From a virus: 64,000 nucleotides of DNA. The position numbers and the translations under genes are program-made. Where the stretch lies: the IMG/VR virus record IMGVR_UViG_3300046832_001910, positions 32,001-96,000 of that record; one strand, 5' to 3'. This document shows positions 37,079-47,553 of the stretch, in pieces. The notes under the pieces are model-generated. The model saw only the letters and a list, made by a program, of their open reading frames with translations. It made no database searches and was not told the origin of the DNA. Positions within the stretch are counted from its first letter, which is position 1; every line of letters begins with the position of its first letter.

Positions 37079-37492
37079 ATGGAAAAAATATATTCAAAAA
37101 AGGAACCCGAAAAACTATTACATATAATAGTTAGAAAAGAGGATATGAAACCTGGTAGAGAGGATATTGTTTCAGAAGAAAATTTTATACAATGTTCCAT
37201 ACTAAATATGAGTAAGGGGAAAACTTTTAAACCACATAAACATATTTGGAAAGAAAGAACACGTAATGTAATTGCACAAGAGAGTTGGATTGTAATCAAA
37301 GGATCCGTAAAATGTATATTTTATGATTTGGATGATAACATAATTGCAGAACCTATATTATATGCAGGCGATGCAAGCTTTACGTTAGAAGGTGGGCATA
37401 ATTATTTGATACTGGAAGATGATACTTTAGTATATGAGTATAAGACAGGCCCTTATGAAGGACAGCGGCTTGACAAAACATTTATTATATGA
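37079..37492 (+). CDS. Cupin-fold protein (WbuC-like)
   Basis: PHKH...QE...GGH...EYKTGPY. Confidence 0.7.
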   Translation: MEKIYSKKEPEKLLHIIVRKEDMKPGREDIVSEENFIQCSILNMSKGKTFKPHKHIWKERTRNVIAQESWIVIKGSVKCIFYDLDDNIIAEPILYAGDASFTLEGGHNYLILEDDTLVYEYKTGPYEGQRLDKTFII

Positions 37493-38094
37493 AACTTAAT
37501 TCAACATCATTAGCAAAATGGTTTGCTGATAAAGGTGATGCTACCCATATCTTAAACCATAATCTTAATAAAGATTCTATCGTAATGGACTTAGGTGGTT
37601 ATACCGGTGTATGGGCTCAACTAATAATTGATAGGTACAATCCAAATGTTTACATAATTGAGCCATTAGAACAGTTTTATAGAATTGCAAAATCTAAATT
37701 TGTTAATAATAATAAAGTAAGACTGGCGTGCGTTGGTGTTTCTCAAGAAAAGAAAGAAGGAATTATATACTTAAGTAAAGATGGTTCATCTGCGAACCAG
37801 AAAAACGGTAATCCTATAAAGGTTAAGCTTAAAAACATGGAAAATATACTTTATGAATTTAAGTTAGACCATGTTGATCTTTTGCAGATTAATATTGAAG
37901 GCGATGAATATTCTCTTTTGGAAGATATGATTAAAACTGGGTTTATTAATAAGTTTAATACAATTCAAATTCAATTTCATTTAGGTATCCCTAATGATAT
38001 AGAAAGGAGAGAAAATATACAAAAATGTTTAATTCAATATGGATATAAACAAAAGTATAATTATGATTTTGTATGGGAGGCGTGGACAAAATAA
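37489..38094 (+). CDS. FkbM-family methyltransferase
   Basis: MDLGGYTG, IEP, LLQINIEGDE, QIQFH. Confidence 0.85.
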   Translation: MKLNSTSLAKWFADKGDATHILNHNLNKDSIVMDLGGYTGVWAQLIIDRYNPNVYIIEPLEQFYRIAKSKFVNNNKVRLACVGVSQEKKEGIIYLSKDGSSANQKNGNPIKVKLKNMENILYEFKLDHVDLLQINIEGDEYSLLEDMIKTGFINKFNTIQIQFHLGIPNDIERRENIQKCLIQYGYKQKYNYDFVWEAWTK

Positions 38095-38101
38095 AAGGTG
38101 A

Positions 38102-38627
38102 TATGAGATATAAAAAATTAGGTGAAGATGTTTATATTGGCGAATATGCAACAATAAAGAATCCTAACCTGTGTGAAATTGGAAGTCATAATGCTATTGA
38201 TAACGGTGTTATAATTTCAACAGAATTGGTCATGGGGGATTACATACACATTGCGCCGTATGTAGTTGTAATCGGTGGTAAAAAATCTAAACTTATTCTA
38301 AATGACTTTTCATTCGTTGCATCAGGTACTAAAATTGTATGTGGTAGCGAGGATTATACTGGTGCAGGTTTAGTCGGTCCTACTATTCCTGAAGAATATA
38401 GATCTGTAACATATAGCACGGTAACATTTGGTAAATATTCAGGCTGTGGTGTTAATTGTTCTGTTATGCCAGGTGTTACTTTTGGTGAAGGTTCTATACT
38501 TGGCGCAAATTCATTAGCGGTTAAAGATCTTGAGCCTTGGACTATTTATGTTGGTAGTCCTGCTAAACCTGTGAAGGTTAGAGATAAGGAAAAGATATTA
38601 GAATATGCAAAAAGGCTAAAACAATAA
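38102..38627 (+). CDS. Hexapeptide-repeat acyltransferase
   Basis: Left-handed beta-helix repeats; GANS...YVGSPAKP. Confidence 0.85.
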
Positions 38628-39272
38628 ATGATCAAGTTTCACACATACGGGGATAGTCATGCATCAAAACATGGATCGTGGGATCGGGTAAATTTAGATG
38701 AAGTTAATATAGTTATAAACTGGTTAGGGCCTAAGACTATGTATAGTTTTGGTAGAGATAAAGAAATAATAATTAAAAGAAATGAAATCGGTGATAATGA
38801 TTTTATTTGTTTTTGTTTTGGTGAAATTGATTGTAGAGCTCATATTAATAAATATGAACCTAACTGGAAAGAAAATATAGACAATCTAGTTGATGAGTAT
38901 TTTAAGGCAATATATAAAAATATAAGTGGGTTAAACATTAAAGTATGTGTGTATAATGCAGTGCCTCAATTGGAAAGAAACTTGGAAAGATATAAATGGA
39001 TAATAGATTGGGAGAGTCTTGATCCGGTTAATAGAGCTTCTAAAGGTACTGATGAAGATAGAGTTAAATATACTCTTTATATGAATGAAAAACTTAAAGA
39101 GTATTGTAAAAATTATAACTACATATTTTTTGATGTTTATGAAAATTATGTAGATGATAAGGGATATCTTAATCCAATGTATTCAGATAATAATTGTCAT
39201 ATAGATAATCCGGTTTTTATTATAGAAAAACTAAAAAGTATAATTAATGAGCATGGAATTAAAAGTAATTGA
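38628..39272 (+). CDS. SGNH-hydrolase-like protein
   Basis: GDSH, FGEIDCR, DxxH near C-terminus. Confidence 0.6.
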   Translation: MIKFHTYGDSHASKHGSWDRVNLDEVNIVINWLGPKTMYSFGRDKEIIIKRNEIGDNDFICFCFGEIDCRAHINKYEPNWKENIDNLVDEYFKAIYKNISGLNIKVCVYNAVPQLERNLERYKWIIDWESLDPVNRASKGTDEDRVKYTLYMNEKLKEYCKNYNYIFFDVYENYVDDKGYLNPMYSDNNCHIDNPVFIIEKLKSIINEHGIKSN

Positions 39273-39885
39273 TTTTAGCGCAATAGAGGAATTTGAAAAA
39301 AAGATAGCAGAATTCTTTGGTGCCCCTTATGCTATAGCAGTTGATAGCTGTACTCATGGAATTGAACTATGTTTAAGATTGACTCAAACAAAGTCTATAA
39401 ATGTTCCAAATAGAACATATGTATCTGTACCAATGTTATCCTATAAATTAGGAATAGACTTAACATGGAGAAATGAGTCATGGGAAGATTATTATACCCT
39501 TAATTATGATGATAAAAGAATCATAGATGCTGCTGTACTTTGGAGAAAAGATAGTTATATACCAAACACATTTATGTCTTTAAGTTTTCAATATCAAAAA
39601 CATTTAAGCTTAGGCAGAGGCGGAATGATTCTTTGCGATAATAAAATAGATGCAGAAAGACTTAAGAAAATGAGCTATGATGGCAGATTACCAGGTATAC
39701 CTTGGCGAGATCAAAATATAGACACTATAGGGTATCATTATTATATGACACCAGAAACTGCTCAACTTGGATTAACTAAATTACCGGAAGCAATAAAAGA
39801 TCAACCAAAAAAGTGGAGATATCACGATTGGCCCGATTTAACAAAGATGTCCGTGTTTATAGATCCTTATTTACAAACCAAATAA
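39247..39885 (+). CDS. Short DegT/DnrJ-family PLP sugar aminotransferase
   Basis: FEKKIAEFFGAPYAIAVDSCT, IIDAA, LSFQYQKHL..GRGGM. Confidence 0.8.
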   Translation: MSMELKVIDFSAIEEFEKKIAEFFGAPYAIAVDSCTHGIELCLRLTQTKSINVPNRTYVSVPMLSYKLGIDLTWRNESWEDYYTLNYDDKRIIDAAVLWRKDSYIPNTFMSLSFQYQKHLSLGRGGMILCDNKIDAERLKKMSYDGRLPGIPWRDQNIDTIGYHYYMTPETAQLGLTKLPEAIKDQPKKWRYHDWPDLTKMSVFIDPYLQTK

Positions 39886-39902
39886 ATTAAACAAAAATAA
39901 AA

Positions 39903-40895
39903 ATGAAAAAAGCATTTATTACAGGAATATCGGGCCAAGATGGTTCTTACTTAGCAGAGTACTTATTATCATTAGGGTATGAAGTACACGGTATGGTTAG
40001 AAGACAGTCTATTGCTGAAAACCAGTCTGCGCGATTGCAACCTTATTTTGAAACAGGTAGATTATTTACACATTATGGTGATCTTCTTGATCAAACTTCA
40101 ATAGAGAAATTATTAACAGAAATTAAACCTGAAGAAATTTATAACATTGCTGCGCAAAGTCACGTGAGAATATCTTTTGATATTCCGCAATTTACAGTCC
40201 AATCAAATTCTATTGGTGTTGTAAATATGTTAGAATCTTATAAAAGAATATGTCCTAAATCTAAATTTTATCAAGCAAGTTCAAGTGAAATGTTTGGTTT
40301 AACGGTAGAAGAAGATGGTTTTCAACGCGAATCAACTGTAATGAATCCGGTATCACCTTATGGTTGTTCAAAGGTATTTGCATATAACATGGTTAGGCAT
40401 TACCGTAGAGCCTATGGATTACATGCTGTAAATGGAATCTTATTTAATCATGAGTCTCCTAGAAGATCTTCTAATTTTGTTACAAGTAAAGTTGTTAAAG
40501 GTGCATGTAAAATTAAGTTAGGTTTACAAGATAAACTTGAATTAGGAAACATGGATTCATATAGAGATTGGGGTCATTCCAAAGATTATGTTAAAGCAAT
40601 GTATATGATTATGAATCATACTGAACCTAATGATTACATTGTTTCTACAATGCAAACACATTCAGTTAGAGAAATGTGTGAGGTTGTATTTTCATATCTA
40701 GGTTTAGATTATAGAGATTATGTAATACAGAATTCTAAGTATTTAAGACCAGAAGAATTACCTTATCTAAAAGGAGATTCAACCAAGATAAGAAAGGAAT
40801 TGGGTTGGGAACCTAAATATACCTTTGAATCAATGTTACATGAAATGTGTGATCATTGGTTAGATGTTTTACAAGGTAAAGAATCTTTCAGATAA
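39903..40895 (+). CDS. gmd: GDP-mannose 4,6-dehydratase
   Basis: ITGISGQDGSYLAE, AAQSHV, YQASSSE, SPYGCSK, LFNHESP, RDWGH. Confidence 0.95.
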   Translation: MKKAFITGISGQDGSYLAEYLLSLGYEVHGMVRRQSIAENQSARLQPYFETGRLFTHYGDLLDQTSIEKLLTEIKPEEIYNIAAQSHVRISFDIPQFTVQSNSIGVVNMLESYKRICPKSKFYQASSSEMFGLTVEEDGFQRESTVMNPVSPYGCSKVFAYNMVRHYRRAYGLHAVNGILFNHESPRRSSNFVTSKVVKGACKIKLGLQDKLELGNMDSYRDWGHSKDYVKAMYMIMNHTEPNDYIVSTMQTHSVREMCEVVFSYLGLDYRDYVIQNSKYLRPEELPYLKGDSTKIRKELGWEPKYTFESMLHEMCDHWLDVLQGKESFR

Positions 40896-40904
40896 TTTTT
40901 GATA

Positions 40905-41624
40905 ATGAAAAGAACAATCATCATAATACCAGCAAGATGGGGCTCAACTCGTTTACCCGCAAAACCTCTCGTAGACATTTTAGGAAAGCCTATGATCCAA
41001 TGGGTTTATGATGAATGTAAAAAATCCGTAGCAGATGAGGTTTATGTAGCCACTGATGATGAAAGAATTCATCGTAAAGTTATTGCATTCGGTGGTAAAT
41101 CTATAATGACAAGTGATTGTAAAACTGGTACGGATCGTATTATTGAAGCTGCAAAGGATCTAACTTATGATATTTTAGTAAACATACAAGGTGATGAACC
41201 AGGATTAACCTTTAGAGATATTAATTCTCTTATTCATCTTGCCAATAAAAATCCTAATTCGGTTTCCACATTATCTGCTCTATTAGGACACGATGATCTA
41301 AAAAATAGGAATGTGGTAAAATTGGTTAAGTCTGGAAAAAAAATTGTGATGTTTACCAGAAGCAGTTCATATCTTTATAGCCCAGATGTAGAAAAACATA
41401 TAGGAGCATATGCATTTCCTAAAGATGTTATAAAACAGATAAGTAAGTTAAGAACACAAACCGAAAATGAAATAGCAGAATCTCTTGAGCAATTAAGATG
41501 GGCTGATTCTGGAATATCATTTACGTGTAATACGATATTACATGCTGCAAAGGGTGTAGATACCCCAGAAGATGTAATTATGATTGAATCATATCTGAAA
41601 CAAAGTAGAAAAATATCAATATAA
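40905..41624 (+). CDS. kdsB: CMP-Kdo synthetase (3-deoxy-manno-octulosonate cytidylyltransferase)
   Basis: IPARWGSTRLPAKPL, VATDD, GTDR, NIQGDEP, ESLEQLR, VDTPED. Confidence 0.9.
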   Translation: MKRTIIIIPARWGSTRLPAKPLVDILGKPMIQWVYDECKKSVADEVYVATDDERIHRKVIAFGGKSIMTSDCKTGTDRIIEAAKDLTYDILVNIQGDEPGLTFRDINSLIHLANKNPNSVSTLSALLGHDDLKNRNVVKLVKSGKKIVMFTRSSSYLYSPDVEKHIGAYAFPKDVIKQISKLRTQTENEIAESLEQLRWADSGISFTCNTILHAAKGVDTPEDVIMIESYLKQSRKISI

Positions 41625-41640
41625 AACTAAATACCGTATT

Positions 41641-41874
41641 ATGCAACAACCAATGAACATGAATGTAGATCTTAATAGCACTACGGAGATTAAATGCGAG
41701 AACTGTGGTAATGATACTTTTATTCCAATCTTTTATCTAAGAAAAGTTAGTAAACTTATTTCACCAGATGGTAATGATCGTATCCTTCCTATTGATACTC
41801 TTGCATGTCTTAAATGTAATCATGTAAATAAAGACTTTATCCCTGTACCAAAACAACCAAAACTAGAAAAATAA
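41641..41874 (+). CDS. Zn-ribbon protein
   Basis: CENC...CLKC. Confidence 0.7.
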   Translation: MQQPMNMNVDLNSTTEIKCENCGNDTFIPIFYLRKVSKLISPDGNDRILPIDTLACLKCNHVNKDFIPVPKQPKLEK

Positions 41875-41880
41875 ACAAAT

Positions 41881-42462
41881 ATGGAAAACGTTAAAGAAAA
41901 CGAAGTAGTTCAAGAACCTCTTAAAAGGAGTGAGCTTATTGCTCAACAAAAGGAACTTTTAGAACTTAATGAAAAGCTTCTAAAAGAAATGCAAGAAAGA
42001 GAATATACGATTGATCTTAACCACAAAAAGATTTTTGATCGTCTTATTAAATTCCTTGAAAAGGATGCCCCTTGGGGACATACCACTGCAACCGGTTTGG
42101 TTATGCTTTATCATAATCTTCGCGAGCAGAAAGAAAAAGTTATTAAGGCAAAAGAATGGGATGGCAAAATTGATTTAAGAGCTGCCAATGTAACTATTCT
42201 TTGGTCAATGGTAACAAAAATGACAGGTAATGGATTCCATGAAGCCAAGGCATTTATTGAATTGATGGCAGTATGTGGAGAAAGTTTATCTAACGCTGTT
42301 CAGAAGGCTCATTTAGATAATCAACAGCTTCGCGAAAATCATGCTCGCTTATCTCAAATCGATGATAAGTTATCAGATCCTACCACAATTAACGATATGG
42401 AAGATACTGCAGTTGAATCCGCATCAATTGCAGAAGAAGTAGATCCTATCATTGAAGCCTAA
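41881..42462 (+). CDS. Hypothetical protein
   Basis: 193-aa ORF. Confidence 0.7.
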   Translation: MENVKENEVVQEPLKRSELIAQQKELLELNEKLLKEMQEREYTIDLNHKKIFDRLIKFLEKDAPWGHTTATGLVMLYHNLREQKEKVIKAKEWDGKIDLRAANVTILWSMVTKMTGNGFHEAKAFIELMAVCGESLSNAVQKAHLDNQQLRENHARLSQIDDKLSDPTTINDMEDTAVESASIAEEVDPIIEA

Positions 42463-42465
42463 TCA

Positions 42466-42714
42466 ATGAGCTTCCACAAAAGGTACATTGATAATAACCA
42501 GGTTATATCTCTATTTAAAGCCGGCGGTGCTGAACGAGTTATAAAGTGGTATACTGGCAAGGTTGATGCTCTAATCCTAGAATCTGGTTTGGCATCTGAC
42601 ATTAATAAAATTCTTAGTGATAGTGAATGGGCTATTCTAGGCGCTACCAAAATTTCCGAAGAAATTACAAATAGAATAAATCAGGAATTAGGAATTGAGG
42701 AAATAAAAAAATAA
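42466..42714 (+). CDS. Hypothetical protein
   Basis: 82-aa ORF ending at terminator. Confidence 0.65.
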   Translation: MSFHKRYIDNNQVISLFKAGGAERVIKWYTGKVDALILESGLASDINKILSDSEWAILGATKISEEITNRINQELGIEEIKK

Positions 42715-42733
42715 GGGACTTCGGTCCCTTTTT
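42713..42733 (+). terminator. Terminator with cUUCGg tetraloop
   Basis: aagggac-ttcg-gtccctt plus T-run. Confidence 0.85.
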
Positions 42734-42778
42734 ATTTCTCTATGTCATGACGGATAAATAAAAAAAGATAATATCAAC

Positions 42779-43486
42779 GTGAAATTTATTAAGAACTTTG
42801 TTAATTTCTTAACAGAAAAGAAAGAAGAAGATTTTGAGGACAAAATAAAGGGCCACGGATATTTTAAGGGAATATCTCAATCAACTGCTCGTAAAAAGCT
42901 ATCTCAAATGAAAGACCAGGCAGATAAGCCTGATGATGATCCATCTGCATATAAAGAATTACCTGGTGATACAAAGGGAAAGAAACTTCTAAAAACATCC
43001 AAGCATACTAAAACATATCAGGATCTTTATGGTGATGAAGAAAAAGAAAAGAATGAATCAATCATTAATTGGGAACTTCATCAAAAGCTTAAAGGTAATG
43101 ATATTAAGATAGAGAAAGAATTTTATCAATTTCCTTATCTTTTAAATGAAGATGATGCAGGTGGAGATCGTTCGCCTATTGATAATCCTGATATTGAAAC
43201 CGCTCTTAAAAATAAGAGTGAAGAAACTGGAGTACCGGTACCACTTCTTAGAATTGTAATGCGTCGTGGTATGGCTGCATGGAAAAGTGGTCATCGTCCG
43301 GGTGCAGGGCAAGAACAGTGGGGATATGCAAGAGTTAATTCATTCCTAACACAAGCTCCAGGTACATGGGGTAGACCTATTAAAGATCCACAAAAGAATG
43401 GTCCTAAAGGTGCTTATGGTGCAGATGCCGATGTTGCTCAAGAGGTAATTAAAGGTGGCCATGATAAAAACCTAAAAAAGAAATAA
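42779..43486 (+). CDS. Putative head-internal protein (MKFIKNFVNFLTE)
   Basis: Shared N-terminal motif; RRGMAAW...HRPG...QWGYARVNSF domain. Confidence 0.65.
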   Translation: MKFIKNFVNFLTEKKEEDFEDKIKGHGYFKGISQSTARKKLSQMKDQADKPDDDPSAYKELPGDTKGKKLLKTSKHTKTYQDLYGDEEKEKNESIINWELHQKLKGNDIKIEKEFYQFPYLLNEDDAGGDRSPIDNPDIETALKNKSEETGVPVPLLRIVMRRGMAAWKSGHRPGAGQEQWGYARVNSFLTQAPGTWGRPIKDPQKNGPKGAYGADADVAQEVIKGGHDKNLKKK

Positions 43487-43487
43487 G

Positions 43488-43934
43488 ATGAAATCAATAA
43501 AACTTTTTGAAGAATTTAAGGAGGCAACATCTTGCCCAGTTCCTACTAAAGATTTAGAAGTAAATACAAAAAATCGTGATCGTGCAATAAAGGCTGAGTA
43601 TATTGAATATGGCCCTCTTAATGTTGATGAGCCTGCAGGATTTTGGGAACATATAGCAGATCATTGGAACACCAGTGTTGAAGCTGCTAAAAAATCTACC
43701 TGTGGTAATTGCGTTGCATTTGATATATCACCAAGAATGTTGGATTGTATGCCAGGTGAAATTAGTGATAAAGATGGTAAGTTAGGTTATTGCTGGATGC
43801 ATCACTTTAAATGCCACTCTGCTCGTACATGTTACACATGGGCAAAAGGTGGTCCTATAACAGAAGATAAGGTATCTTATAATTGGCAAGAAAAGAACCT
43901 TGACGCTGCAAACAATCCAGATCCTATTAAGTAA
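43488..43934 (+). CDS. Putative head-internal Cys/His-rich protein (MKSIKLFEEFKE)
   Basis: Shared N-terminal motif; CGNC...C..HHFKC...C. Confidence 0.65.
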   Translation: MKSIKLFEEFKEATSCPVPTKDLEVNTKNRDRAIKAEYIEYGPLNVDEPAGFWEHIADHWNTSVEAAKKSTCGNCVAFDISPRMLDCMPGEISDKDGKLGYCWMHHFKCHSARTCYTWAKGGPITEDKVSYNWQEKNLDAANNPDPIK

Positions 43935-43938
43935 GCCT

Positions 43939-44481
43939 ATGAAATTTGTAAAAAACTTTAATGATTATCATAAGGTCTCTGAAGGCCTTAAGTATCATGT
44001 TGAAAATGGATTGGACTTAACCAACTCGGTTTATCGTTTAGGTTCAGATTCTTATGCTGATCTCTTTGAAGAGGTTAAGCAATATTGGGATAAAGGAAAT
44101 ATCATTCTAAACGGAAAGAGTGGTTGGATGGCAAAGAATCTTGAGGTTGGAAAACCTGCTGTCTATAATGATAGAAAAACCGGAAGAACTACCAAAGTAA
44201 AACTGGATTCACCAGAGCGTGGTGGAAATAAAAAGTTTATTGTTTATCGTAATAGTGGCCGTACTGATGAAAATGGCAATGTTATTGCAAAAAAGATTGA
44301 ATGGGGCGATCCTAATCTTAGTGTAAAGAATGATGATCCAGGCAGGGCTGCATCTTTTTGGGCTCGTCATGGTTGCGATAAAGCTGAAAAAATGGATCCT
44401 AATAAGGCCGGTTTTTGGGCATGTTATGGCCCAAGCCTATTTGGAAAACAGTTAGGTTTAAGTAGTACTGAACCTTGGTAA
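43939..44481 (+). CDS. Putative head-internal protein (MKFVKNFNDY...SE)
   Basis: Shared N-terminal motif; KKFIVY...WGDP...SFWARHGC...WAC. Confidence 0.65.
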   Translation: MKFVKNFNDYHKVSEGLKYHVENGLDLTNSVYRLGSDSYADLFEEVKQYWDKGNIILNGKSGWMAKNLEVGKPAVYNDRKTGRTTKVKLDSPERGGNKKFIVYRNSGRTDENGNVIAKKIEWGDPNLSVKNDDPGRAASFWARHGCDKAEKMDPNKAGFWACYGPSLFGKQLGLSSTEPW

Positions 44482-44511
44482 ATAAATAAAACAAATAAAT
44501 TAAAGAATATT

Positions 44512-45867
44512 ATGAGACACATTCCAAGTTACTCGGAATTTAAGAAAATTAATGAAGCATTTGCAACTTCAATGACTACAGTTCAGACTGAAAGTAAACT
44601 TAATCAAGCTGCAGATATTATTACAAATTTCCTAAATAAGAAAACAGGTAAGGCATTCAAAAAGTTTCCTTTTCTGGTTTATTCAAACGGTACTCCAGGT
44701 ATTATGCTTTATAGCGATAAAGATAATTCTGCTGTAAGAATTAGTGGTGGTTCTGGCCATTTCCCTGGTGTGGTTGGTCAATTGGACTATTTTTCTGATG
44801 GAGCTTCTTACAATGCAGATTTCTCTGTAAGTAGCCAAACATTTCCAATTGTAGCATTACTTAATGAATTTGTTAAATTAATCAATGAGCCTTCATATGC
44901 AGGCGAAGTTGAAAGTTTAACTGAATCAATGGTTAATGAAGCAACTAAATCTTTTTCACCTGCTGAACAGAAAACAATTTTAGCACGTTTGGACAAAGGA
45001 GAAAGTGGTGCTGCTATTGCAAGAGACATGGGGGTATCATACGGAATGATTTTACAGCTTAAGAGAAATGTAAGTGTTCCTGAAGATGTTAATCCTGCTG
45101 TAAAGGCAAATGAAATGACCTTAGAGGATAAAGTTAAATTACTTGATGAAACATTAGATGACCTTTATGAAATCACAAGAAGACTTGCCGCAGGTGCATT
45201 TACCTCTTTAATGGTTTCAGGTAGAGCAGGTACTGGTAAAACATTCTCTGTTACTAAAGCTTTAAAGGATGAAGGATTAGTTGAGGATGATGACTTTATC
45301 GTTGTATCTGGTGCGGTATCAGTTATTATGATGTATAAGAAAATGTATCAGTACAGAAACCAAGTTCTTGTATTTGATGACTGTGATGCTGTATTCCGTG
45401 ATGAGAACGGTCGTAACATTCTAAAGGCTGCTCTTGATACCAAAAAGGTTAGAAGAATTAGTTATCTTAAGAAGAGCGGATTAGTATTTGACCCTAAAGA
45501 TTTTGAAAATAATCCAGAAGGCGAATTTAATGCAATTGAAAATGGATTAGTTCCAGCATATTTTGATTTTGGTGGTCGTGTGGTATTCATTTCAAACCTA
45601 CCAAAAGATAAAGCTGATCCTGATGGAGCAATTCGTTCAAGATCAATTTTATTAGATGTTAACCCAGATGATATGACTCTGATGGAAAGAATTAAGATTC
45701 TTTTGCCAGATCTTGAACCAAGAGATATGCCTTTAAAGGATAAAGAAGAAATATTTGAATTTATGAAGCGTGCAAAGGATGTATCAATGAGAACTTTTGT
45801 TAAAGCTGCAGGATTCAAACAAGCCGGTCTTAGAAACTGGGAAAGAATGGCACAAAGATACCTGTAA
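44512..45867 (+). CDS. AAA+ ATPase with HTH and capsid-targeting-like N-terminus
   Basis: GRAGTGKT, LVFDDCD, ISN, AIRSRS; HTH SGAAIARDMGVS. Confidence 0.75.
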   Translation: MRHIPSYSEFKKINEAFATSMTTVQTESKLNQAADIITNFLNKKTGKAFKKFPFLVYSNGTPGIMLYSDKDNSAVRISGGSGHFPGVVGQLDYFSDGASYNADFSVSSQTFPIVALLNEFVKLINEPSYAGEVESLTESMVNEATKSFSPAEQKTILARLDKGESGAAIARDMGVSYGMILQLKRNVSVPEDVNPAVKANEMTLEDKVKLLDETLDDLYEITRRLAAGAFTSLMVSGRAGTGKTFSVTKALKDEGLVEDDDFIVVSGAVSVIMMYKKMYQYRNQVLVFDDCDAVFRDENGRNILKAALDTKKVRRISYLKKSGLVFDPKDFENNPEGEFNAIENGLVPAYFDFGGRVVFISNLPKDKADPDGAIRSRSILLDVNPDDMTLMERIKILLPDLEPRDMPLKDKEEIFEFMKRAKDVSMRTFVKAAGFKQAGLRNWERMAQRYL

Positions 45868-45869
45868 TT

Positions 45870-47552
45870 ATGAAACATATTAATAACTACGACAATTACA
45901 AAAATTTAATTAAAGAAGCGGTTAGCGTTAGAACTGACCGTTATAAGAGATCTCATGGTAAAGAACCTCGTGGTAATGGTCTATGGGCCTTTTACTTTGA
46001 TGATAAAGAAGGTGATCCTATATTTACGCCAGGTGCAATGAATTATTCTGATGCTATTAAATGGGCAAAAGAAGAAGCTAAAAAAGCAGGTAAATCTGTT
46101 ATTTATGTTGGGGAATCGGTAAATGAAGCTGCACGAGTAGGTAAATCTTCATGGAAATCTGTATTATCTGATCTTGAAGATGAAGGATGGGACGTAAGCG
46201 GTAATACAGCAACACAAGAAGTTGATTCGGAAAAAGATCCTGAAGGATACGTTACTGTTGAACTTACAAGTAAAGGTGGTGATTATGTAAAGTATACCCT
46301 TAAAAGTTCAAAAGGCAAAGTAATTGATACCGATGAGATTGACGCCGAAGGTTTAAGTGCAGGTGAACTTAATAATGAAATTTGGCATTATATTAAGGAA
46401 TCAGTAAATGAAGCCTCTACCGTGAAGGATGAAGTTATCTCAAGACTATCTGATTTTTTTAGAGTATCCCCTAATGCCTTAAAGAAATTTAACTTTGATG
46501 GTAAAGATAACATTAAAGAATTAACTAAAGCATTAAACTCAACATCTGACCAAGGTACTGAAATGTACTATAAAGTTGCAATTGATTTAGCCAAAAAGGA
46601 TTTAGGAGAATCTGTTAGTGAAGGACAAGAACTTATCTTTGATATTGTAGAACCTGAATTTAACGATCTTAAAGGTAAACTAGATAATCTTAATAAGAAG
46701 ACAGTTGATCTAAAGTGGAGAAAGGCTCTGGACCAAATTCAACGAGAAGTTGAAAAACTTGAATTCTTTATTTCAAAATATGATCGCCAATTAGGTGCAA
46801 TTGAAACTAATGAATCAGTTAATGAAGCATGGTTTGGTCCATTTCAATTTAATGATAAAATGTCAGATGAAGAACTAAAAACAATGTATAATGATGCTGT
46901 AAACGGATATGCATATTGGAAAAAGGGATTGCAGTATCCTAAATCAGATTATAAGAAAGCATACCAGGAAATTGAAAAGATCCTAAAGAAAAGAGGGGTA
47001 AAGGTAGATGAATCTGCTATTAATGAAAAGGAATACTCTGATGAAGAAAGAAAGGCTCTTGCTGATAAAGGTCTTGCTCTCCCTGATGGTAGTTTTCCTA
47101 TAAAGAACCTAGATGATCTTAAAAATGCTATTCAAGCATATGGCCGTTCAAAGGATCAATCTGCTACTGCAAAATTTATTGTTAAGAGAGCCAAGGCTTT
47201 AAGCGCTGAGGATCTTATACCGGATACGGCTGACTTTCAAAAGGCTCTTAAAGAAACTCTTACTGAAGGAAATGCTTTTCTTGCCGCAAGAGCTAAGGCA
47301 ATTGAAGAAGACCTTGAAGAGTTTGAATTTAATGGTAAGAAATATCCTGTTCTAAATAGGCCTAAGATGGTTAAAGAAGAATTAGATCATAAGGATGCAA
47401 TGGCAATCATTAATGCTGCAGGGCAATTCACATCAACTGCCGATGAGGCTGCTGACCAAATGTGGAAGGATAAAGAAGACCTAGTTGATTATCTTTTATC
47501 GGATCATATCCCTAAAAAGTATCATTCACAATTCTTAAAATCAATTAAATAG
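45870..47552 (+). CDS. Multi-module protein with repeated ESVNE linkers
   Basis: ESVNEA x3, ESVSEG, ESAINE, ETLTEG separate unrelated modules; includes LPDGSFPI...KNAI module. Confidence 0.7.
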   Translation: MKHINNYDNYKNLIKEAVSVRTDRYKRSHGKEPRGNGLWAFYFDDKEGDPIFTPGAMNYSDAIKWAKEEAKKAGKSVIYVGESVNEAARVGKSSWKSVLSDLEDEGWDVSGNTATQEVDSEKDPEGYVTVELTSKGGDYVKYTLKSSKGKVIDTDEIDAEGLSAGELNNEIWHYIKESVNEASTVKDEVISRLSDFFRVSPNALKKFNFDGKDNIKELTKALNSTSDQGTEMYYKVAIDLAKKDLGESVSEGQELIFDIVEPEFNDLKGKLDNLNKKTVDLKWRKALDQIQREVEKLEFFISKYDRQLGAIETNESVNEAWFGPFQFNDKMSDEELKTMYNDAVNGYAYWKKGLQYPKSDYKKAYQEIEKILKKRGVKVDESAINEKEYSDEERKALADKGLALPDGSFPIKNLDDLKNAIQAYGRSKDQSATAKFIVKRAKALSAEDLIPDTADFQKALKETLTEGNAFLAARAKAIEEDLEEFEFNGKKYPVLNRPKMVKEELDHKDAMAIINAAGQFTSTADEAADQMWKDKEDLVDYLLSDHIPKKYHSQFLKSIK

Positions 47553-47553
47553 A

